Part shown: positions 41,159 through 53,479 of the stretch, in pieces
How positions within the stretch are numbered: position 1 is the first letter of the stretch
Layout: the number at the start of each line of letters is the position of its first letter
NCBI GenBank assembly: GCA_023213395.1
Contig: CM041465.1
Coordinates: 129,463,741-129,527,740, forward strand
Length of the DNA stretch: 64,000 nucleotides
Reading direction: 5' to 3'
DNA from: Cycas panzhihuaensis
Taxonomy: Eukaryota; Plantae; Cycadophyta
Program-made: the position numbers and the translations under genes
Notes under the pieces: generated by a model
Seen by the model: the letters and a program-made list of their open reading frames with translations, nothing else
The model's database searches: none
What the model was told of the DNA's origin: nothing

Positions 41159-44100
41159 ATGAAGCTAGCTTCATGGAACATAAGGGGCATAAGCGCCCCT
41201 TTAAAGTAGAGACTAGTTAAAGATCTGTAGTTGAGATTGGACCTAGACATAATCGTGCTCTAAGAAACTAAACTAGAATTAAATTCTAGTGTTAAGGTAA
41301 AAAATAGGGTCTGCAGGATAGGTAAGGTGGTTGTGAAAGGAGTCAACTAAGGTTTTAAGGTGTTAGCTATATTTTGGAATCTAAAAGACTAGGTAGGTGA
41401 GGTATGTGTTATGGAGAACCAATTTATCTCTATATGGCTTACACTTAGAAGGAATAACTTTAAATGGCTGGCTACAAATATGTATGCTCGTACTTCCATG
41501 GATGGGAGAAAATCCCTCTAGGACAAAATCCTAGAGCTTTATGGAGATTGTCAGGGCCCTTGGTTGGTAGCTAGGGATTTTAATACTGCTTTATCTCCTA
41601 AAGAAAAGAAAGGGGGTTAGGAGGGGTGGTCAAAAAGTATGATAGACCTTGGTGAATTCCTCTAATGAGGGGGTCTGATGGATGTCTTTTTAGGAGGGGC
41701 TAAATATACCTGGTCCAATAGAAGATTAGGGGCTCATCATACACAAGTCAGGTTAGACAGGATTTTGATAAACTATGCATGGGCTAGCTTCCATGATGAC
41801 ATTAGGCTCAAAGCTCTTTCCAAGATGGAATCTTACCACTCTCCATTACTGTTAGGCTTTAATACCTCTAAGAGACATAGGGGAGCCCCTTTTAGGTTTG
41901 AATTGATGTGGACAAAGCACCCAGATCTTAGGGACAAGATCAATAAGTGGTGGAAGGTCCTGATTAAGGGATGTGCTATATATAGGTTCTCCAAAAAACT
42001 AAACTAGATGAAGAGGCAGGTAAAAGAGTGGAATAAAAAGGTCCATGGCAACATTTTTAAAGAGAAGAATCAGATAGTAGTGGACCTAAAACACATAGAA
42101 GAGATAATCATGGTAGAAGGGAGATCCCCAGACCTAGACCAATGCAAGATAAAACTCTAGAGCAAATTTGAGGAAACCTTGGTCAAGGAAGAGCTTTTTT
42201 GCAAGCAGAAGTCAAGGGCCATCTAGCTGGTGGAGGGGGACAGGAACACAAAGTTCTTTTACATGACAACCCTTAAGCATAGAGCTTGTAATCATATAAA
42301 CAAGTTATGTAATAGAGAAGAGGTAGAAACTAATGAGGAGTCATAATTCAAGAACATTGTGGTGGAGTATTTTAAAACCTTATTTGAAAAGCCTAGTTAT
42401 TACAACATTGAAACTAGAAGGGAGTTTTTAAATCTCATCCCAAAGTTGGTGAATGAGGAGCAGAACAAGATCTTAAAAGCCCCATTCTCCCTTGAAGAAA
42501 TAAAAGGAGCAGTTTCTAGCATGAAGAGGGATAAAGCACCTAGACTGGATGGGTTTTACCCTAGTTTCTTCCAAGAATTCTAGGATATTATTAAGGCAGA
42601 TTTATTGTTGGCCCTGGGGGAATTCCATAGGAGTTAGAAAATGCTAGGAGAGTGGCAAGTACCTTTTTAGTGTTGATTCTGAAAAGGAAAGGGCAAGGAT
42701 GATAGAGGATTATAGACCTATCAGTCTATATAATGTGAAATATAAGATCTTAGCTAAAGTGTTGGTGAATAGATTGAAGAAGATTCTCCCTTTCATTATT
42801 TCTCCTAATCAAGATGGGTTCATCAAAGACAGATAGATTTTGGATGGAATTATTGTTATCCATGAGATAATTCATTTGGAAAATTAGAGGAAGGACCCAG
42901 GAATGGTCATAAAGATTAATCTTTCTAAACCATATGGCAGGGTGTTATGGAAGTGTCTTATGGAATGTCTCTAGGCATTTGACTCCGGTGATTCATGGAG
43001 GGAATGGGTGGCTAACTGTATATCAAAGCCCCAATGTTCTGTAATGATTAATGGTATCTTGACAAGTTTGTTCTCCAGTCATAGGGGATTGTATCAAGGA
43101 GATCCCCTATCCCCTTATTTGTTTATTATCATGGTGGCGCTATTGGGTAGAGCAATAGACGAAGCTAGGAGAAAAGGTATAATCAAGGGCATTAAGCCCA
43201 CCTCTGGATTAGATAACATTGTTTACCACCAATTTGTAGGCAACAATATTTTATTAAGGAGGGATTCTCTTTTAGAAGAGAGGGCAATAAAAGGTGGTTT
43301 GGAAAGATTTAGGAGAGCTATGAACCAAAGGATAAATCTAGACAAATACATCATCTTTTTTTTTAATATCAAAGAAAGAGTGCAAAGAAAGATTAGTAGG
43401 ATTTTGGAGATGCTCATCTACAAGTTGCCCATAGTCTACCTAGGGATGCCTCTCTTCATAAGGAAGATGGCAAGGGAGTTGTGGTCCCCCATTATTGATA
43501 AGATACATAGGAAACTAGCAAGGTGGAAAGGATCCCTTCTTATCCAAGTAGGTAAAGTTTAATTATTAGTTGCTTCTCTTCAAAGTATGCCAGTCTATAT
43601 GATGTCCTTATTCAAGATTCTCGTCAAAGTCATATCAGCTCTAGAATCTATTCAAAAAAGATTATTGTGGTTGAGCATTGAGGAGAAGGATAAAATTCAC
43701 TTGATAGCTTAGGAGAAGGTTTGTCTTCCTAAATAGGCAGGCAGATTAAATATCTAGAGATTAGCTACTTTTAATAGCGCTCTGGTTGTCAAATTAGGGT
43801 GGAAATTGGCTATGAAAGAAGGGGGCTTTGAGATAAGATAATATCACAAAAATGCCTCTAGGGTAATCAGTTCTTAAAGGATGATATAGTTCTATCCATG
43901 GGCTCTCATATATGGAAATGTATGCCTCAATCTAGACTGATGCTTACTCAACGTGCTCAATGGAAATTGGGGGATGGAGTGACCATTAAATTCAGGGAAA
44001 ATGAGTGGGGTGAACTTCCTCAATTTAATTCAAGACTAGATCTGGGCCCTCTATAAGAGGTTTACAAAAGATGGTATGGGGTTAAGGTAAAAGATTATTA

Positions 44101-45356
44101 GGTGAGTTAGGGTTAGCAAAAAAATGGAGAATGTTTGACGAACTGGAGGGGGATATGGGGATGAGTGATAGTATTGAAGCCCTGAAGAAAGAGCTCACCT
44201 GATGTTATATTCCAAAAATAACAGAGGTGGATTTGATGGTGTGACCTGGCTCTACTTCTAGGGATTATACGGTGAAACAGGGATATCTTTACTTATGCTT
44301 AGAGAAGGGGGCTATTAGGAACTAGTTATTAGAAGGTATTTAGAAGATGGGCTTGATTCCCAAAGTCACAGTCTTCTAGTAGCTCTACTTAAGGAATAAA
44401 ATATTGACTGTGGACAACTTGAAAAAGAGAGGATTTGTGGTGGCTAACATGTGCATGTTATGCCAGGTGAAAGAGGAGTTGGTGGATCACATTCTTCTTC
44501 AATGCTCTTTTCTAAGAATATTTGGAAGCTAATTTAGGCTCAATTTGGTATGGAATGGGTGTTCTTGGGATCTATAAAAGAGCGGTGATGACTTGGAGAT
44601 GACCGTTTAGGAGTAGGTATCTAGTGCATTTATGGAAAACCACATTGCTTATGGTGATGTGGAACTTATAGAAGAAGAAAAATAGAAGACTATTTCAGGA
44701 AAATTAGTTAGATGAAATTAGACTCCATGGGATTATTAGTGTAGCAATCATAGAAAACACTAAGATCGGAGAGGAAAAGTATGTCTCAGATACCAAAGGA
44801 TCTATGATGGAGAAATGGAGGATCAAAAAGCCTATAGTTATCTCAAGGTCAGTAAGACTTTGTTCATGGATTCCTCCCCTAATAAAATAGGTGAAAATAA
44901 ACTTCGATGAGGCAGCCAATCGAAATCTAGGTAATGCTGGTGGTGGTGGAGTTTGTAGAAATTTAGAAGGGAGAGTCATGTGGGCCTTTATAGAGTATTA
45001 TAGCCAATATACAAATAACAAGACAGAGCTAGATGCCATAAGGAGGGTGGTGGAGCTAACTTTAGAAGGAGACTATAAAGGATAATTATTGAAGGAGACT
45101 CATTAAATGTGATCACCATGCTCAAAGGAGAGGTTGTGCCAGACTAGAGATTTACACCTATGATCAAAGATATTCAAGAGGCTCTAAAGGGTAGAGATAC
45201 ATAGGTTTCATCACACATTCATATAAGGAAACATGGTAGCTAATAAGTTGGCAAATTTTGGGGTTTCCCAAAAAGGGAATAGGGCATAGAGAGGGGATGT
45301 ACCCAAAAAAAATTTGAGTTTGGTGAATATGGATTTAGAGGCTAATGTGGAATGAT
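41159..45356 (+). pseudogene. L1 ORF2 (APE endonuclease, RT, zf-RVT, RNase H), disrupted
   Basis: MKLASWNIRG, RDFN, YTWSN...RLDRIL, GDRNTKFF, YRPISL, QGDPLSPYLF, YLGMPL, CMLC..KEE.VDHILLQC, KINFDEA, IEGDS. Confidence 0.95.
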
Positions 45357-45646
45357 CATAGCTAGCCATCAGGCTTGTCATGGCAAGGGTGGGTTAGTCA
45401 GGGACTAGGTAGGGTAGTGGATAACTAGGCCAAGGGCTTATCATTGTAGACTGGTTAGCCAAGAGGAAACTTTTGTAATAGGCTTGGGGCCCCTTTTAAA
45501 CCCCTTCATTTATACCACATCAAAAAATAAATAAAAGAATCTAAAAGAAAGTAATAGTTCTAATAATTAAGAGAATATATAAATAGAATTAAAATGTTAA
45601 ACTTAAGTGAACTTATCAAGACTAAAGTGGCTCCACATAAAGCATA

Positions 45647-48600
45647 TGTAACATAACCCCACCTTTCCTAAGCAGTAGCAAGCTGGAGCCACTAATAAAT
45701 TAAGGATTAATGTAGTTATTAAGATTTATGCATGAACCATTAAGCCATCCAATAAGATCTAGGGTTATTAGGGCCACTAATAAAATCACAAGGAAGAAGA
45801 CCCTAGCATGTATATTTAAAGGGTCGAGTATCACTAGTAATGATTCTTGAGTATTGTTATCTTTGAAGAGAAAGTACTTTGGTACTCCCTTTGGTGACCT
45901 ATTTATTTATGATCTAGTTGGTAACTTATGTTATTATTGATGTTAGTTCTATTGGTCTGCATCTACAAGGTCAATTTTCTAAGAGGAAACACTTCAAGTG
46001 GTATCAAAGCCATGTTTATAATCATGAGAAGTTGTTTAATAGGTCAAAAAAAAAATTAAAAGACCTTCGCTTAGTACTCTCTCTATAGAGATTAAGGAAC
46101 AGTACTAACATGACTCAAGAGTTATGAGAGAAGGGGAATTTATTTTCCTAGGTAACATCAGTACTTTATTTTCTTTCTACTTTGCATTCTTTTTTTAGTT
46201 TCATTCCTTTATTTTAATTTCTACATTAGATTATTAGTCTAAGGGTAGATAACATCTTTAGGCGGCTACCCAAGTAGCTAGATAGAGACCTTGTACTAGA
46301 GGTCTTTAAATGTCACAAGGATCTATCATTCTAGCTAAGTGTATCATTGCTTTTCTGCCCCTTGCATGAAGGATTAGAGATAACACTCTTAAACCAAACC
46401 CTAAATACAACATGGCTATGGAAGAGTGCCTCCATGTACCTTTAGGTATATAAGAGGATTCCTTTAGGTACCAAATCCTTCCTAGCATAGGTAAATTATC
46501 AGCTACTAAAGTCTTGTAGTACAATGGTTAATAGTTAATGCCACAAAGTTACCTACCTCAAACTTCTACATCAAAATTTTATTGGTAAGCCTATAAGATC
46601 AAGCACACCTTGTTTAGTGCTTGGTAGGATACCTTTAATTGTTTACACCCTACTTCACCTACTTCATTTCCTAATTAAGATCAAAATCCACCATATATTA
46701 AAAGGAGAGAGAGAGAGAGAGAGACCAATTTCTACTTACTGCCTAAATTCAAAACCTGTTAGTGTAATCAAACTTACCAAAAAAAAGAAAAAAGAAAAAA
46801 AGAAGAATAAGAAAAAGAAGAAAGAAAGAATAAAAAGAAACACAGAAAAGAAGAAGAAGAAATAAAGAAGAAAAGGAAACATATAAAAAATAAAAAATAA
46901 CTCCACTTAGTCACTCTTCATGGTGCAAGTTCATAGCTAAAAATTACCCTTACAACTCATATACCTTATTTTGATCAACATATTGTATTGGTCATTTTGT
47001 ACTAGGTTAGTTCATACAAATAATTTTTACACTTTTTAGTACCTAGGTTACTAGTGGACCTTGCCACCTCAAACTCACCTTAAATTTCATATACCCCATT
47101 TGGATAAGCTTTTCACACTTTTTTCAATGGGCGAAATATCTTGTTTATATAATTTTTAGGGTCAATAAACTATAGACACCCCACACCCCCTCTATTTGCC
47201 TCTTCTCTCCCCTATAATAACTCCCTCATTCTTACATCTTGTTCTTTCTTGATCTATTCCACTTCATCTATTTCCCTTCTTTCTACTTATTCCTACTTCT
47301 CTAATCCCCTTCTATAGCTCTAATGGAAAAAACTCAAGGAGAGAAAATATCTGATTTAACTAATGACTTATTTAACTTCAAACAAGAGGTCAACAATCAA
47401 TTTGATGGCATACCTACTAAATCTGATCTTGATGGCACCAAACAAAAGATTCTCACTCAACTCCAGTAGTTTTTGCAACCACAACTCCAAAGCATAGGAC
47501 CTTCTAATACAACAGGCAACTAACCTTCCCTTTTTCAAGGAACTAATGTACCTACAGGAGGTTCTCCACTAAAGTAGCCAATTTTTCATCATAAAATCAA
47601 TTTTCCTACCTTTGATCTATATGTAAATAGAGAGTGTACTCAAAGTTGGATTAACAAGTTAGAATCCTACTTCACACTCCACCTAATGTCATAGGAGGAC
47701 TAACTCTTATATGTCTCCATCTACTTAGATAGATAAGCTCACCATTAGTTCAACTGGTGGAAACAAGAATATCCCTCTCACCTAACATGGTCCCACTTCA
47801 CTAGTTATTTCTTTGAATAATACGAGGACATATGGAGTCAATCTTTCTTCATGCGACTTATTCAGATTTAATAGACTCAAATAAAAGAGGCTCATACTGA
47901 TAAATTTTAAGCTTTATATAATCATTTACTATAAAGCCAAAACTTAGACAAATAAATATTACTTGATATTTATATGGTTGGACTCCAAGATAGTATTCAG
48001 ATGAGACTAAAGACAATGGTAATCTACTCCCTCAAGGAATCATTCAAGTAGGCTTAAGTAGTAGAGGCTAAATTTGTAACAAATAGACCCTTATCTACTC
48101 ATCAGGATAACCCTTAGTTCTCACACACTCGATAATCAAACTTCCAACAACTGCAACTCTAATTTGATAATGCCACCCATCCTTAAGTCAACTTTATACA
48201 TCTTTGATTGTGATAGGATGATCTCACCCTATCAGTTATTGACTATTAGAATGATGACTCATCTACCGAAAGAGTCTAAATTTCCTAAGTTGAAGCACAA
48301 TATCTACCAAAGGTCAGCCTCTATATGCAATGTGCAAAAATTTGGACTTCTAGGCATGGTTGTTTTTGTAAGAAGCGACACATGGTTTTTTCCATTGACC
48401 CATCTTTATCCCCTAATGAATCCATTAACTCTGACTCTAAACATAAGACCAATGATGAAACCCATGATGACTCTACCCTAGACCCCCACCCATAGGTATC
48501 TTTATCTGATGTCACCACCTTCTCCTATCATGAACCTCTATGAGTTAGAGGCATTCTTCTCAAGACTCTAATATCTATCTTAATCGACAGTGGTGCATCA

Positions 48601-51600
48601 CTCAACTTCCTTGATATCTCTATATCCTAATAACTTAACCTATATATTGTACCAAATTTTGGCTTCACTTGTTCTCTGCCAAGGTACTAAAAGCTCTATT
48701 ATGCAGGCATTATTAAAAACCTCCAAGTCTAAATTAAATGCTACCTTTTGGTGTTAGATTCTTATGCCTTATCAATAAGAGGGTTTGATGCTATCTTGGG
48801 GATTCAATGGTTGGAAACCTTAGGAAATTATAGTATGAATAACTCACCTACTAACCCATTCATTTCTTTCAAAGACAAAATGGGTTGAAATCATAAAATT
48901 TATAGGATACAATCCCCTCCTAACCAAGTGGCCTCTCCCAAACACATGAAATGCCATCCTCAATCTCACCTAGGATATATAGTCTACCTTAATAATATTC
49001 AAATCAAACTATAAATTCATCTATGCATCCATGACATTATTACCTAATATAAGTATGTATTTACTCCTCTACCTACCACTACCCCTCCTGATCATGGCCT
49101 CTATCATACAATTGACCTCCAATCCAATCATGACCCTATCAGCCTTAGACCATATCTTAACTCATACTTTCAAAAGAATTAAATTGAGAAACTAACAACT
49201 CAACTCCTTAACATGGGCATAATCTAACCAAGTAAAAGCCCTTACATAGCTCTAGTCATTTTAGTTAGGAAAAAAGATGGTTCCTTCTACCTATGTTTCG
49301 ATTATAGGAAACTAAATAAGATTACCATAAAAAATAAGCTCTCCACCCCTCACAGAGACGACATGCTAGATGAAATCCATGGTGTGATTATTTTTTCTAA
49401 GTTAGACCTTTAGTTTGGTTACTACCAAATCCCAATTGCTCCATAAGATTACCATAATATAGTATTTTGAATATATCATGGCCATTTTGAGTTTCGTACA
49501 ATGCCCTTTGGCCTTTGTAATGCCCCTGTAACTTTTTAGGCTCTCATGAATAAAATTTTTGGCCCTATCTCTGAAACTTTGTCATAGTTTACTTCAATGA
49601 TATTCTTATTTATAGTGTCTTCCTGGACCACCATATCTAATACCTAGAAATCATTCTTTAAATATTATAAAACTACCAACTCTACAAAATTATCTAAGTG
49701 CAAGATTAGGCAATCTAAACTCAAATACTTTCTCAATTCAAATACTTGGGGCATATCATGTCATCGGAAGGGGTACACATGGACCTTGATAAAATATCTA
49801 TCATCACAACTTGGCTAATACCCACCACACTTATCCAACTACATGTATTCTTAGGGCTCATAGGATTCTACTAATATTTTGTGTAATTATACCGCCCTCA
49901 TTGATGCCTTAATCAATCTCCTTTATAAAGAGGCTTTCTAATGGTCTCTAGAAGCTGACACTACTTTTTCTCACCTTAAGGTCATAATGACCTCTACCCT
50001 AGTCCTCATTACTCCCGATTTCAACCAACCTTTCTAACTAAAATGTGATGCCTTAGGCTTTAGCTTAGATATAGTCCTGATGCAAGACCCATATCCCATT
50101 ACATTTGAGAGCTAAAAATTAAGAGATCATGAGCTTCGTCTCTCTACATACCGGAAGGAGATGAAAGTTATTCTTCATGCTATTGATAAATGGTAGCAAT
50201 CCCTCTTAGGCTTTAAATTCACTATTCTTACATATCATCATAGCCTGCATAATCTATTGGATCAGCTAGTCTTGTCCAAATAACAAGCTAAGTGGGTTCA
50301 TCATCTACAAGTCTTTAACCTCATAATATCGTATAAAAAAGACAAAGACAATACCATTACAAATGCCCTTTCACATCTCCACCCTAATGATAATGCTCTT
50401 AACTAGAGCCTTCGTGCCACAAGAAATCCCCAACCTCTTGGCTCGATGAATTATGGGTTGAAAACTAGGCCCAGCCTGACTATCGTAACTGCAGTAAAAA
50501 TTGTTTTCACCTATAAAGGTTGGTCAACCTTTAACAATAATCTCCTCTATTATAATTGCATCTTTGTCCATCCATCCTCCTCATTCATACCAAGAATCCT
50601 AACAAAATACCACTCTTTTCCCCTTAGTGGCCACTTAGGTTTTGATAAAACTTATTGACAAATTCATGCAGATTTCTTTTGGCCCCATATGAAGTCTATA
50701 ATATTCACCTTCATATTAGAATGTGACATGTATCAATGAAATAAAGTTGATACCAAATCCCTTCCTAGACTTCTCCAACCATTAAACATTCCACAAGGCA
50801 ACTGGCAGGATATTTCCATCGACTTTATCATGGGCTTACCTCCATTTGCTGGATTTGACTGCATTTGGATAATCATTGATCGATTAACTAAGTACTCATA
50901 CTTTCTCCCTATTCATACCTCATATACATCTTCCCATTTTGTCAGCTTATATATCCAATTCATATTTTACCTCCACAATTTTCCTTCATCCATCATTTAT
51001 GACCAAGATGCTAAGTTTACTAACTCTTTTTGGCAAGAACTCTTTAAGGCTATCGAAACCTCATTTAACATAAGTTCTACCTACCATCCATAAACAGATG
51101 GCTAATATGAGGTCCTAAACAAAACCCTAGAAACTTATCTACATTGTTTTGCCTCAAAACACCAAGCTAAGTAGACCTCTTAGCTTACCTTGGTGGAGTA
51201 CTAGTATAACTCCTCTCACCATTTTACCAATGGTATGTCCCCCTTTTTGGCCCTCTATAGTTACCACCCCCCTTTCTACCATACCTTAGTCATAAACTTT
51301 TGAGCAACCTCTGTACAATAAAAGCTTTAAGAGATGGACCAAATCCTACATACCCTTCAACAAAATTTGGTCACCGCCTAAAATTAAATGAAGCAACTTA
51401 CTGATTGCCATTAATATGATCAATCCTTTGATAATGGAGATCTAGTATTTCTTTGCCCCCAACCTTATAAGCAGTAGTCTCTTAAGTCACATCAAGAGCA
51501 TAAACTAAGCTCCCATTTCTATGGCCCTTATAAAGTCCTCCACAAAATTGGTGAAGTTGCATATGCCTTTAATCTCCCCTCAAATACCAATATCTATAAT

Positions 51601-52212
51601 GTTTTCTATGTTTCTTGTCTAAAAACATACCTCAGAGCTAAAGTTACACCCCACACCACCTTACTCATTCTCTCTGAGGAGCAAACTCTTACAGTCCAAC
51701 CTAATAAAATCCTTGCCAGCTACTAGCACCACCTCTGCAATCACACTATTTTTGAATACTTAGTATAGTGGGTCAATGCAGATGAAGTAACTTGGGAATC
51801 TAACGAGTTTATCCAATAATATCCTTATCTCTAACACTGCAAAGACTTAGCATCTCAGAGGGAGGGACCTATAACATAACCCCACATTTCCTAATCACTA
51901 GTAAGTAGGAGCCACCAACAGGTTAAGGATTAATGTAGTTATTAAGATTTATGCATGGACTGCTAAGCCATCCAATAAGATATAAGGCCCCTAGGGCCAT
52001 TAATAGAATCACAAGAAAGAAGACCCTCATATGTGTATTTAAAGGGTTAAATATCACTTGTAATGGTTGTTGAGTATTATTATCTTTAAAGAGAAAGTAC
52101 TTTGGTACTCCCTTTGGTGATCTATTTATTTATGATCTGGTTGTAGACTTATGTTAATTTACTTTTGATGGTCTGCATCTACAAGGTTAATTTTTTTAGA
52201 GGAAACACTCTA
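45647..52212 (+). mobile_element. Full-length decayed Ty3/gypsy chromovirus (Reina-like)
   Basis: LTRs of ~350 bp at 45647-45996 and 51870-52212, PBS TGGTATCAAAGC, PPT GAGGGAGGGA, TSD GCATA/ATATA. Gag, PR (LIDSGAS, DAILGIQWL), RT (LVRKKDGS, DYRKLN, MPFGLCNAP), RH, INT (ISIDFIMGLP, IIDRLTKYSYF) and chromodomain (EYLV*W...TWE). Confidence 0.96.
46705..46900. repeat. (GA)n and (AAG/AAAAG)n purine tract in the chromovirus leader
   Basis: Directly visible. Confidence 0.85.
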
Positions 52213-53479
52213 ATATAATAAGGTTCAAATGGATTTAGCATTGGTCAACACCTCCTTAGCTTAATAATTTACTTTGAAATTAGATAGTTATAATAGTTGA
52301 AGTAGTTAAAGAAATGTAACACCAATTAGAAGTAGTTAGAACTCAAAGGAATAACCATATGGTATATATCAATATGATTACCACTTCTTATCACCTTTTT
52401 CCTTTATTTTCCTCTATTATCCCCTCTTTTGAAATTTTATAGAAAAGGAAGAGCTCAATAAAATCTTTAGTAAATGTTAATTAGCCCTTCTTTTAGGCTT
52501 GCAACATCACATAATAGACCAAGTGGGAGTGTTCAGTTATGGGCAGAATCATACTAGAAACCTAGAATACCTAATTATAGGTTCCTTAACTATTAAGCCC
52601 ATTATATTACTCCTCATATGAGAGGTTAAATCTAGAATGAATTAATTAAGCAATAAGCTCTTTCTTTCTTTCTTTTTAACATAACTTTTGAGTTTTCATC
52701 AAAAATATTTGAAGTTCATTTAGTTATTACTTAGTATACTTTGAATAATTTTAATGAAAATGTATATATTTTATTCGTTTCTCACTTAGTCATTATCTAG
52801 TGAAGTAGTTGATTAGATATATAAATTTAATTTTATAAGTCTTTATTTCTTGAAATAATCATTTCTTATTATATCTCTTACTATTGATATATTGCCACCT
52901 TCATATTTCTGTGGAGTTTATTTAGTTGTTATGTAGTCAATTCTATGTAAATTTCTAGAGATTGTGCATAATTTCTAATCATTCTAGACTTAGTCATTAT
53001 CTAGGTTAGAATTAATAGGTTTTATATAGGTAGGCTTACAAGAGTTATCCTTTTTGAAAGCTACACTCTTTCGTTTCATTTCTCATACATTTTCTTTTAT
53101 TTTTTGTTATACTTTCTATTCATTTTATAGTTGTATATATCACTATGTATAATTATTTTTCCTTCCATATTTGTAAATTATATACATAAGTTATATATAT
53201 TACTATGAATGGTCAAGGGAGCCACCCCTATTTATGTAAAGGGTTTTTTCTTATATATTGCCCTTTCCTTTTTATACTTAAATTAAATATTCACACACCT
53301 AGTTATCATGTTTATATAGCTTTGGAGAAGGTTTAAAAACATCAATCAACACCTTTCACTTTCTCCTTATTCTAAACCTAATCTAGCCAATGTTATAAAA
53401 GGTCATAAGTTCCTTAGTCTCTCACTTAGATATAATATAAACTCCTACACCTCAATTAATCACTTCATACTAAATGGAG

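Larger units (their letters stand above)
39300..45530 (+). mobile_element. Near full-length L1-clade LINE with C-terminal RNase H and an extra 5' reading frame
   Basis: 17-bp TSD ATAAAAGAATCTAAAAG (39283-99 / 45531-47), A-rich tail, and an empty site visible in the 5' LTR at ~15573. Confidence 0.97.
10376..53351 (+). mobile_element. Tat-like Ty3/gypsy LTR retrotransposon, non-autonomous (Gag-PR-aRH), ~3.3-kb LTRs, heavily nested
   Basis: Colinear homologous LTR copies start TGTTACCCCTGC (10376) and TGTTATCCCTGC (26116) and end GTCAATA (16847) and ATCAACA (53351). TSD is ACTTT (10371-75) / CCTTT (53352-56). ACTCAAGT..ACTT..GGCTAGT lies just before the 3' LTR. Confidence 0.85.
26116..53351 (+). 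repeat. 3' LTR of the Tat-like element, split into 26116-26257, 28825-29120, 36374-36813, 38088-39299, 45531-45646 and 52213-53351
   Basis: Each fragment aligns in order with the 5' LTR, and the junctions coincide with TSDs of the nested elements. Confidence 0.82.

Noticed and set aside
46617-46865. Lys-rich 82-aa ORF
   Set aside because: It is the translation of a purine-rich simple repeat in the chromovirus leader.
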